This document shows, one piece after another, positions 54,601-59,239 of a stretch of 64,000 bases of DNA (position 1 is the stretch's first letter; each line of letters opens with the position of its first letter). Below the pieces are notes generated by a model that was not told where the DNA came from, ran no database searches, and saw only the letters and a program-made list of their open reading frames with translations. The stretch comes from Lytechinus pictus (taxonomy: Eukaryota): the NCBI RefSeq assembly GCF_037042905.1, contig NC_087251.1, positions 44,518,001 through 44,582,000 on the forward strand, read 5' to 3'. A program made the position numbers and the translations under genes.

Positions 54601-54717
54601 CTGCCTCTTGGGAACCCAACACGCGTTGCCAAGTCCTTTGGCTGGGGTCACAATGAGTTTGTAGTCTACAAGGAGAACCAGGTCTGTCTTCGCTATCTGG
54701 TCCAGGTTGAGGCCTAG
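1193..54717 (+). CDS. Ankyrin-repeat/WGR/PARP-regulatory/PARP-catalytic poly(ADP-ribose) polymerase (PME-5/TANK-1-like, 'tankyrase-like'); whole gene span, 49 coding exons, ~2393 aa
   Basis: 49 exons with AG/GT boundaries and matching phases sum to 7182 nt and end at TAG 54715-54717. Ankyrin motifs (TPLHYAAENGH, TPLMLAAINGH, SPLHYSAAYGW), WGR motif (LLTRWGRIG), regulatory-domain motifs (LPFGHL, LSSEFYMLVP) and catalytic motifs (LLWHGT, GIYHAD, EVALG, HNEFVVY). The exon with the first ATG has an upstream acceptor and an open frame (KRRK-M), so the N-terminus could extend upstream. Confidence 0.93.
1451..1718. mobile_element. MITE family A (other copies ~15870-16145, 18841-21752 split, ~43768-44035)
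   Basis: TIRs close to ggg(c/t)ccgtcttacaaagagttgcgattgatcc; multiple copies in window. Confidence 0.8.
3103..3295 (+). CDS. PARP exon 2 (KRSSPAK...AYLAVRSD)
   Basis: GC-rich ORF bounded by cag/gtatg. Confidence 0.85.
3532..4235. mobile_element. piggyBac-like MITE
   Basis: TTAA-CCCTAAATAGACTGGG ... CCCAGTCTGATTAGGG-TTAA; related copy at 11327-12102. Confidence 0.8.
4356..4535. mobile_element. Short palindromic MITE family B (copies ~12975-13146, 42928-43115, 50200-50360, 51523-51683)
   Basis: gtttcataaagctgttc(g/a)taagt ... acttacgaacagctttatgaaac inverted ends; five copies. Confidence 0.8.
4794..5026. mobile_element. Tc1/mariner-like MITE
   Basis: TA-CAGTGGTGCT...AGCACAACTG-TA. Confidence 0.7.
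5198..5464 (+). CDS. PARP exon 3 (GFFLCQSLKIVYD...QLSEAD)
   Basis: ccgcag/gtaggg, phase 1-1. Confidence 0.87.
5670..6030 (+). mobile_element. L2/CR1-group LINE 3' fragment
   Basis: KGLNGQAPSYISDLL...LGDRSFLISAPQLWNKHP...LKLKTDLF is the typical L2/CR1 ORF2 C-terminus; ends in an ATT-rich tail. Confidence 0.8.
6191..6400 (+). CDS. PARP exon 4 (K/R/P-rich)
   Basis: atcag/gtaac, open frame, phase 1-1. Confidence 0.82.
6950..7097 (+). CDS. PARP exon 5 (KKKAIPKGRAG...DPMFEV)
   Basis: cacag/gtaagt. Confidence 0.85.
7628..7808 (+). CDS. PARP exon 6 (NENSMPEV...ALGYAIK)
   Basis: tacag/gtaaag. Confidence 0.87.
7827..8120 (+). mobile_element. tRNA-derived SINE family 1
   Basis: A-box GGTCTAATGG, B-box GGTTTGATTCC, core CCCAGGTG..GAATGGGTACC, TTA tail. 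Confidence 0.8.
8195..8405 (-). mobile_element. Diverged SINE family 1 copy
   Basis: Reverse-complement similarity to 7827-8120. Confidence 0.6.
8637..8740 (+). CDS. PARP exon 7 (SNSQPFIRAFLNELK...KENTG)
   Basis: ttcag/gtgagt. Confidence 0.83.
9354..9438 (+). CDS. PARP exon 8 (YNYRSLGHAIRAINVSRGGREGQDAFLK)
   Basis: Long pyrimidine tract, ctag/gtgagt. Confidence 0.87.
10193..10721. mobile_element. Kolobok-like MITE
   Basis: Long TIR aggacaagtccaccccaacaaaaagttgatttgaat / attcaaatcaacatttttgtggggtggacttgacct with (G/T)TAA flanks. Confidence 0.75.
11060..12140. mobile_element. MITE (gtattctgaagtc TIR) interrupted by a piggyBac-like MITE
   Basis: gtattctgaagtcaggtttaatttaaacc / ggtttaatttaaacccgacttcagaatac. 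Confidence 0.7.
11327..12102. mobile_element. piggyBac-like MITE, opposite orientation to 3532-4235
   Basis: TTAA-CCC...GGG-TTAA; internal similarity to the reverse complement of 3532-4235. Confidence 0.8.
12523..12633 (+). CDS. PARP exon 9 (DRFTQKEG...RQGVK)
   Basis: tacag/gtaagt. Confidence 0.83.
12731..12965 (+). mobile_element. tRNA-derived SINE family 1
   Basis: A/B boxes plus shared core. Confidence 0.8.
13595..13838 (-). mobile_element. tRNA-derived SINE family 2
   Basis: - strand GGTGGCCCAGTGGTAGAGCG...GGTTCGATCCC head, then non-tRNA body and TTA tail. Confidence 0.75.
13921..14040 (+). CDS. PARP exon 10 (NVVSNDLQKLVRRGNRK...GFNRMHSE)
   Basis: ttcag/gtgaat. Confidence 0.86.
14100..14990. 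repeat. ~90-bp minisatellite with embedded (GATT)n, about 10 units
   Basis: Recurring tgtgaagattgttacataccaatagactgtttgatttagtgattgattgtaat. Confidence 0.9.
15309..15389 (+). CDS. PARP exon 11 (VLLCDKPEELTPFKAVSVKKKPYSCDR)
   Basis: cgtag/gtaaga. Confidence 0.85.
16772..17180. mobile_element. Tc1/mariner-like MITE with internal ~70-bp tandem repeats
   Basis: TA-CAGTGAAACCTGT...TTTGACTG-TA; repeated tagtggtc..tatagacaggtggctgctat. Confidence 0.75.
17233..17396 (+). CDS. PARP exon 12 (IMPIHCAAINPN...; ankyrin)
   Basis: tacag/gttcgt; ankyrin motif IIHYAAAC. Confidence 0.9.
17409..17612. mobile_element. Short TIR element with telomere-like CCCTAA motifs (second copy ~37095-37293)
   Basis: catgacatttgctcc / ggaggaaatgacgtg imperfect inverted ends; shared core aaattccacacact..gaatgaccaacttcaacc. 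Confidence 0.65.
17877..18290. mobile_element. Foldback MITE, nearly fully palindromic
   Basis: ggcctgaattcacagaggtggttttga ... ttcaaaaccacctttgtgaattcgggcc; arms pair over ~190 bp. Confidence 0.85.
19018..21678 (+). mobile_element. Non-autonomous Helentron/HINE (DINE-1-like) with internal ~160-bp tandem repeats
   Basis: Inserted in a T tract with no TSD; subterminal IR gtctcacctgc / gcaggtgagac; ends CTTGTT; repeated catgaaacttggacataag...ggtcaaaggtcatttagggtc. Confidence 0.75.
19269..20979. mobile_element. Non-autonomous DNA transposon with 14-bp TIR and 6-bp TSD
   Basis: ATGTTG-CAGAGCTGCCAACC...GGTTGGCAGCTCTG-ATGTTG. Confidence 0.85.
21799..21908 (+). CDS. PARP exon 13 (GNTPLMVAASLN; ankyrin)
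   Basis: tccag/gtgaga. Confidence 0.9.
22554..22630 (+). CDS. PARP exon 14 (GQTPLHYAAENGHN; ankyrin)
   Basis: ttcag/gtgagt. Confidence 0.9.
22941..24003. mobile_element. Kolobok-like MITE with a second nested element (~23215-23793)
   Basis: gctgaagatatttatatct / agatataaatatcttcagc inverted ends. Confidence 0.6.
24030..24300 (-). mobile_element. Degenerate L2/CR1-group LINE fragment
   Basis: - strand GERAFFAAAP..LWN motif, frameshifted. Confidence 0.55.
24454..24610 (+). CDS. PARP exon 15 (DAVRALLKHGA...TPFMVACERGH; ankyrin)
   Basis: gttag/gtaagt. Confidence 0.9.
24850..25048 (-). mobile_element. tRNA-derived SINE family 3
   Basis: - strand GATAGCTCAGTCGGTAGAGC...GGTTCGATTCCC followed by non-tRNA body. 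Confidence 0.7.
25492..25700 (+). CDS. PARP exon 16 (RTPLMLAAINGH...NDWK; ankyrin)
   Basis: ttcag/gtgagt. Confidence 0.92.
26085..26378 (-). mobile_element. tRNA-derived SINE family 1
   Basis: Reverse-complement A/B boxes and core. Confidence 0.8.
26483..26704 (+). CDS. PARP exon 17 (VPPLAIAFMKGH...DANDWTA; ankyrin)
   Basis: tgtag/gtaaga. Confidence 0.9.
27577..27609 (+). CDS. PARP exon 18, 33-nt microexon (LHHLAAANFHQ)
   Basis: cttag/gtcagt; completes ankyrin motif TA-LHHLA. Confidence 0.8.
28167..28298 (+). CDS. PARP exon 19 (...DGETALDIAIKR)
   Basis: tccag/gtaaga. Confidence 0.88.
28774..28929 (+). CDS. PARP exon 20 (NQVNADMVKFLLGKG...IVADN)
   Basis: ctcag/gtatgt. Confidence 0.88.
29379..29552 (+). 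CDS. PARP exon 21 (MKNESSAD...TYSSRK)
   Basis: tccag/gtatga. Confidence 0.85.
29978..30016 (+). CDS. PARP exon 22, 39-nt microexon (NEEQVEKGRSFLK)
   Basis: tgcag/gtaatg, phase 0-0. Confidence 0.75.
30185..30436 (-). mobile_element. tRNA-derived SINE (related to family 2)
   Basis: - strand TTGGTAGAATG...GAGTTCAAAGCC head; body resembles 13595-13838. Confidence 0.55.
30778..30850 (+). CDS. PARP exon 23 (RLLELSHSDINAKIPKKENTQDAH)
   Basis: tacag/gtaatg. Confidence 0.83.
31140..31420 (-). mobile_element. tRNA-derived SINE family 1
   Basis: Reverse-complement A/B boxes, core, (TTA)n tail. Confidence 0.8.
31610..31794 (+). CDS. PARP exon 24 (...DKDGRTPLIKAVKTG; ankyrin)
   Basis: tacag/gtaagt. 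Confidence 0.9.
32397..32682 (+). mobile_element. tRNA-derived SINE family 1
   Basis: GGTCTAGTGG / GGTTCGAATCC boxes and core. Confidence 0.8.
32704..32786 (+). CDS. PARP exon 25 (VKEGANVN...TPLNLAI)
   Basis: ttcag/gtaaga. Confidence 0.88.
33303..33412 (+). CDS. PARP exon 26 (DGHFGMVDLLI...TPFHYVVMSHR)
   Basis: tatag/gtaagt. Confidence 0.87.
33480..33770. repeat. Compound (GAT)n/(GGT)n/(GAG)n microsatellite
   Basis: Direct reading. Confidence 0.9.
33965..34202 (+). CDS. PARP exon 27 (...GRIPLHYAC...GRLPLHYLF; ankyrin)
   Basis: cacag/gtatgt. Confidence 0.9.
34668..35082. mobile_element. PIF/Harbinger-like MITE
   Basis: TAA-AGGCGACCGCACACCTTACGA...TCGTAAGGTGTGCGGTCGCCT-TAA. Confidence 0.85.
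35203..35362 (+). CDS. PARP exon 28 (SIDPIE...GQTPIHAAALRG)
   Basis: cccag/gtaagt. Confidence 0.9.
36086..36162 (+). CDS. PARP exon 29 (CVNSVDTRDSVGNTPLSMACMGEHI)
   Basis: gacag/gtgaga. Confidence 0.87.
36580..36735. repeat. Degenerate (TGTTA)n microsatellite
   Basis: Direct reading. Confidence 0.8.
36770..37064 (+). CDS. PARP exon 30 (VVIFLLQRGAD...YITPIK)
   Basis: gacag/gtaaac. Confidence 0.9.
37583..37712 (+). pseudogene. Degenerate partial duplicate of the acceptor and 5' part of exon 31 (pseudo-exon)
   Basis: Translates AVVEEHRFRMA*MLISKSRG versus real AAIEEHRYQMALNLVSKSRG; acceptor tag changed to gag. Confidence 0.85.
37762..37905 (+). CDS. PARP exon 31 (AAIEEHRYQMALNLVSK...QLSNK)
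   Basis: tgtag/gtaaag. Confidence 0.87.
38408..38522 (+). CDS. PARP exon 32 (VAEKLLSKG...TPLTYAVLSEN)
   Basis: cccag/gtaagt. Confidence 0.87.
38898..39012 (+). CDS. PARP exon 33 (HMKQQGG...GRSLLATAFW)
   Basis: tgtag/gtgaat. Confidence 0.85.
39439..39709 (+). CDS. PARP exon 34 (WLMEVGA...LTPLMCAVRK; ankyrin)
   Basis: tatag/gtgaga. Confidence 0.9.
40081..40219 (+). CDS. PARP exon 35 (NNLKLVKLLLNYDY...VRKWK)
   Basis: ttcag/gtaagt. Confidence 0.86.
40744..41019 (+). CDS. PARP exon 36 (D/E-rich acidic insert)
   Basis: accag/gtaagg; phase 1-1 fits neighbours. An alternative donor near 41055 (gtatga) cannot be excluded. Confidence 0.8.
41635..41900 (+). CDS. PARP exon 37 (EKPFIKTSNVD...GKSPLDYA...KPQM)
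   Basis: atcag/gtatgc. Confidence 0.88.
42554..42744 (+). CDS. PARP exon 38 (QLPTLKKSTW...AQLKEA)
   Basis: aacag/gtatgg. Confidence 0.86.
43460..43565 (+). CDS. PARP exon 39 (WGR domain start, YDILMTKVDIRYGQYGMNNFYKMQ)
   Basis: aacag/gtcagt; NNFYKMQ WGR motif. Confidence 0.92.
44400..44569 (+). CDS. PARP exon 40 (WGR domain, LLTRWGRIG...FKAKSGNLW)
   Basis: ttcag/gtaagt. Confidence 0.93.
45027..45171 (+). CDS. PARP exon 41 (FSKHPGKY...SKLHSGTQKLLQAL)
   Basis: tgtag/gtgagt; end of WGR and start of regulatory domain. Confidence 0.9.
46043..46164 (+). CDS. PARP exon 42 (regulatory domain, LPFGHL)
   Basis: ttaag/gtgagt; matches PARP1-type MPLGKL. Confidence 0.88.
46773..46836 (+). CDS. PARP exon 43 (DNIKKLEKATTMNQRIEIYDK)
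   Basis: gtcag/gtaagt; phase 2-0. Confidence 0.85.
46950..48910 (+). repeat. ~150-bp tandem array made from the 3' splice site and first ~50 nt of PARP exon 44
   Basis: CAG|ATGGC junctions at 47219, 47369, 47516, 47666, 47816, 47967, 48115, 48263, 48411, 48559, 48711 and the real exon at 48862; fainter copies near 47062 and 46955. Confidence 0.95.
48862..49039 (+). CDS. PARP exon 44 (MAALSSEFYMLVPN...AQHRVA; regulatory domain)
   Basis: ttcag/gtaaga; matches PARP1-type LSNRFYTLIPH. Confidence 0.9.
49831..50035 (+). mobile_element. tRNA-derived SINE family 4
   Basis: GTGGCCGAGTGGTCTAAGGCG...GGTTCGATCCCC then body and (AAT)n tail. Confidence 0.7.
50056..50163 (+). CDS. PARP exon 45 (MNPVDYIYRCLDC...IHKT)
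   Basis: tgcag/gtgagt; start of catalytic domain. Confidence 0.9.
50670..50869 (+). CDS. PARP exon 46 (catalytic His, LLWHGT)
   Basis: ttcag/gtaagc. Confidence 0.93.
51101..51388 (+). mobile_element. tRNA-derived SINE family 1 with an alternative tail
   Basis: A/B boxes and core; tail matches the family 2 tail. Confidence 0.8.
51854..51946 (+). CDS. PARP exon 47 (catalytic Tyr, GIYHADMFTKSSAY)
   Basis: ttcag/gtaagt. Confidence 0.93.
51994..53018. mobile_element. Tc1/mariner (pogo-like) non-autonomous element
   Basis: TA-CCCTAAGTAACGGACTATAAACCGCACC...GGTGCGGTTAATAGACCGTTACGTACGG-TA. Confidence 0.8.
53395..53509 (+). CDS. PARP exon 48 (VALGSMQ...GDLLLPT)
   Basis: tatag/gtagga; completes EVALG. 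Confidence 0.92.
53717..53955. mobile_element. PIF/Harbinger-like MITE
   Basis: AGGCCCTGTCACATC / GATGTGATAGGGCCT with TWA flanks. Confidence 0.75.
54593..54717 (+). CDS. PARP exon 49, terminal (catalytic Glu, HNEFVVY...LRYLVQVEA*)
   Basis: tctag acceptor; TAG stop. Confidence 0.93.
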
Positions 54718-57700
54718 TCTAGGCCCGGTATGGAATAGTGGATCGGGGGAGAATCGATCCCGTAGCTGAACTAGACCTGTATTCAAACTTTGTGAAAAAA
54801 TAGTGTAATGCATCCTTACCAAGGATATATCAAGTTATTAACTTGAGGCTTTATTTGCATCAGATGTAAAGGAAGTATAGGGTGGGGGAGGAAACGGGGG
54901 AGGGGGGGCATGTGAAATAAGTTTAAAACATCTAATACATGTGATTTAGTGCATTAATCAAACATTTAAATAATGATGAATAATTCTGCTACGTTGATAA
55001 GAGCTAATCGAAATACAGGGAGAACAAATAAATCTTTTTAATCTGAAATTTTCGAAAATTCTCATGGTATTCTGTTTACCTTGTAATTATCAGGTTGTGA
55101 TATATTATTGAATACATGTAATTTAGTGCATTAATCAAACATTTAAATGATCAAGATGAGAGAGAGATTCTGCTACTTTGGTAAGAGCTCGTGAAATAAA
55201 AGGAAGAAGAAAAATTGTGTCAATCTGAAATTTTCATTTGTAAAATTCTGATACTATACTGTTAATTATCAGGTTGTGATATATCATCTTACACTTGGGA
55301 GTGTGTGAAAGAATAAATGGGGGAAAAAAGACAAGATTTTTAGTACTTATAGAACAAGACAAGGGTAAAATTGTTAAATAGTTGTTAAACTTCTCGAGTG
55401 TATCGTGTTTTTCTGATCCGGCATCTCACAGATTTTGGTGATATTCTGCAAGTAGGGAATGAGTTTGTAGCTGCCAGTATTAGGTAAACATGAGAATGAA
55501 AATATTTTCTGCTTTCAACTCTTAGAATTCCTATAGGGAAAGGACAGTTACTAAACCACTGCTCAAATAATGTACAGTGCTCTGTCGTGTCCTTATTTAT
55601 AGCTTGCTATGTAGTATATGGTGCTGTAGTACTTTTTGCGGTAGTCTTTTGCAATAGAACGTTCTTGCGATTTCAATTTAGTTGGCATAATAATGTAATG
55701 GTCAATTTTTTAAAATGCTTTTATGAATCACAATTGGATTTATTGTGAATGTAAATAAGCTCTGCATGAATTTTTAGCAATTTATATTTTTTAGCCAGGC
55801 ATTGGGTTTTTTTGGTGTAGATGATTGAAGTTATTTGCAAATGAAATATCAACTCTTTGTACATGTGTAGAGAAAGAAAAAAAAAAGGGAAAAAAAATAC
55901 ATTGAAATCAGAATGAAGATTGCAAATTTTTGGGAGGTCCTCTTTTTACAAGAAAAGGTTGTACATAGTTATATTTTTCTTGGAAACATTTCTGAGAAGA
56001 CTGTGTACTCGTTACGTGCTCAACAATATTCCACATCATTTCAAGTTGTCTTGTGTGGAGAAAATACAATTCATCCCATTTTGAAATTAAACACGGTTTC
56101 TGTACCACGAAGATGTCAGTGTCAAGTTACCTAATACTGTGGAAAGCTATTTGTATGGTGTCTTGCAGTGAGCAAAGTAGACTGCAAGCATTTTATTGTT
56201 GGGAATCGGTTTTTATGACACCTGGGACAAGAATATAGATCACTTTTGAAATGGTTTTAATTCGTAAGGTATGACATAATCTAAGCCCCTTGAGTCATAC
56301 ACACAAACTTTATTCCTCTTCTGATAAAGCTACTGAAATCTTCAGACTATTTTTGTGTAACGCAGAGGAATCATGGTTCATCAATTCACTTATTGAATTT
56401 ACCAGTGCATTTTTACTCTTGTGTGAGTGGTATAATTAGCTATGACAATTCAGCTTCTCACAATTTTAAATGAATTTGATCCTTTTAAAAAATCTATTTG
56501 TATATACTTAGGTGAATGTTTTTGTAATGGATTTGTTTTTTTTAAATTAAATTCAGATGTCCTGCCATTTCATGAATTTTTAAGATTGTAAAACATGATT
56601 TTGATTTAAATTTAATGTAGGTTGCCGATGGACATGATCATGTGCTGTAATTCAAATTTCCAGTGTATTATCAATGATGAATTCAATGCAAGCTGAAGTA
56701 ACTTCAATGTGATAAAACTGTTATTTGCATGGTTTACTTTTGAGCATTGAAGTCACCCATTAAATTAAATGAATCATTGATGTAGTAAACAGTTCATAGA
56801 TGTACATTGTCTGATGTATTTGATTAAAAACGACCTTGCCTCTTTGTCGCAAAAAATGATGATGTAAAAGAAAAGAAAATCGCTTTCTGCGGGAGAAAAA
56901 AAAGGTAAAGATAACGGGATGATTGATTACTTTTTTCAGGCTTTAAGCAGACACCTTTCTTTCAAATATTATGCACATTGCTACACAACTGAAGAAGTTT
57001 GTCATGAAATCTTAAGAATGCTACCCAAATATTGCATGTCTCTGATATGCGGTTTTGTGAGATAAATCATGGTCATTTCAGTCATTTTGCTGTCCATTCT
57101 GCACGTTTTGTCGCTCTAAACCTCAATTTGACAACTAGGTGAAAATTGATATCCTTACAATTTCGAGTGAGCTTCGGAATCCTAAGATTGAAGAATTTCT
57201 GGCTTTTTAAGTACTAGCACAAGGCCAGAGTTTGTTTTGACTGTTCAACCTACTTTGTCAGAAAGTTATTGTTTGTGGATATGAATTTCAACTCATTTTT
57301 ATGTTGTTTTTTTTTGTCTGTAATAACGGCTAATACTATGTATTCTTAGATGTCTCACATTGTCTTGTATAGCCAATAGTATGAAGTCGGCATTTTCACG
57401 TTTCCTTCACTGAACCTTTTTTTATACCGATTTTGTCTTTGTTGTAATCTCAAACAATATACTATATTGCTTGAATTAATATTCAGTTTGTGTTTATGGA
57501 GTCTTTTTGTTTTGCGTTGTAGATATTATTGATAAAGTGGAATGCAGTCTTCTGAGAACTGTGCCATTATGATGATCATTACAGTCATGATGATTATCTT
57601 AGTAAAAATCTAGTAGAGGAAGAGTGCATTCACCTATATTTTCCCAACACTGCTTTGGGTTTTAATGTGCAATATAATCGTGTCAAGATTTTTGACTGAG

Positions 57701-58712
57701 TATTGAGGAACAAAACATTCAAGAATCAAAGTTTACATTTCTGGGGAGGGTTTTATGAAAGGACTTGACAGACGTTTTATCCGACAGTTACCATAGTAAT
57801 AGTGCTTCTCCTGCCAATCAAAATCAAGGAAAGTTGGCAGATCTGACAACTTGTCAGACGAAAGTGTTGATGAAACTCTCCCTAGGTCCCAGGCTTTACG
57901 TCCTTAACAAAAAAAAAATACAGAGACTACTGTTACCAAATAACCCCAAACATTAATTATGGTCCGAATAATTCTGTTATACAGAGAATCCACTGGCCTT
58001 GCCATCTTGACTGTGCTAAAAGTCCCGAGAGCTTAATCTTTAAAGAACAACGTACACAATATTTAAATTCATTTCTTTTAATTCAACAATTCAATTATTA
58101 TATGAAATATTGCATGCACTGATGTTCCATTGCTTGGAATGTTTCTTACAAATAACAAACTTTGACAAAGAATAGCAACATAATTAGACCGAACAATACC
58201 GGCAAGTCTTATGGCAACCTAGAAATATAAAAATTTCCATCTTTGGCACGAATCATGCCATCATATTTCATGTAGTATGTGATGAACACTCAAGGTTAAG
58301 CTTCCGACATCCCTTTTTTTTCAAGTGACGCTGAGATGCAGGTTAATTTAAAAAATGCCGAATAGAAAATCATCACATTGCAGTAGTTTATTATGGAATC
58401 AATATGGACAATAGTACCCTCTGACTATCTTTTTTCAAATCGTCAATTTCGACTCACATCGTAACATCCATGAGGTAAACAGCCATTATTTCATGTATAG
58501 AATGTACCCTGAATGTTGACGTTTGAAAAAGAGACTCGATATATAAGTGAAGCAAGAAAAAAATATGCTGGGGCCCGATGTTGCAAATTTAGGCGGTAGG
58601 TTGTCAAAAGTAGCAATAGAAATTATAAATAAAAAATGCCTGAAGGCTGAAGTTGAGACATAAAATCAAGAGGTCCAACTGTCACAGTTTGGAGAAAAGG
58701 AACCTTCAAGTT

Positions 58713-59239
58713 CTATGTTAGGATATTGGAGTCTTCATCAAGTAGTTGCTGCTCTGCAAATAATTCTCCTTCAGTCGGTGAGGGGGTTGTCGACTCCCCG
58801 GTTGGCTTGGAGGGTGGTGGTGATGGCAGAGAGGTTGATGGTGATGATGGCAACGACGATATCGATGGTGATGATGGGGATGACTCTGGTGATGGTAGTG
58901 ATGATGATGGCGACGACGATGATGATGAAGATGGCAAAGGTGATGTCGGTTGAGATGATAGAGTCTCTGATGACGGTAGTTGAGATGGTAGTGACGATGA
59001 TGGCGATGATGGTGATGAAGATGGTGATGGGGGCCAAGTTTCCTGGGTTGAAGAGTGCGATGATGAAGATGGATGTATCTCTGAGGATTCGGCGGATGGC
59101 TCTGATGGGGATGAAGATTCTGAGGTCGTTCCCGAGAACCACCTTGGTGTTACTGAGTATTTCACAGCCTCCCAAAAAGACTTTCCTGTCTCTTCTTTCA
59201 GGTTAGGGTCTGTGATAATATTGAAGGTCACATCCTTTC
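58713..59239 (-). CDS. Gene 2 exon 4, terminal (KDVTFNII...FWEAVKYSVTPRWF + Ser/Pro tail)
   Basis: tttcag acceptor on - strand; stop ends at 58713. Confidence 0.85.

Noticed and set aside
1193..54717. Naming the gene TNKS/tankyrase or PARP1
   Set aside because: No SAM domain seen and WGR plus regulatory domain present (not TNKS); no zinc fingers or BRCT seen (not PARP1). Symbol left blank.
54711..54725. Inverted repeat GGCCTAG-T-CTAGGCC over the stop codon as a readthrough/recoding signal
   Set aside because: Only 7-bp arms with a 1-nt loop, and the protein already ends at the normal PARP C-terminus.
58715..59206. Overlapping Met/Val-rich and Asp-rich ORFs on + and the second - frame
   Set aside because: Shadows of the low-complexity TCA/CCA-rich Ser/Pro coding tail of gene 2.
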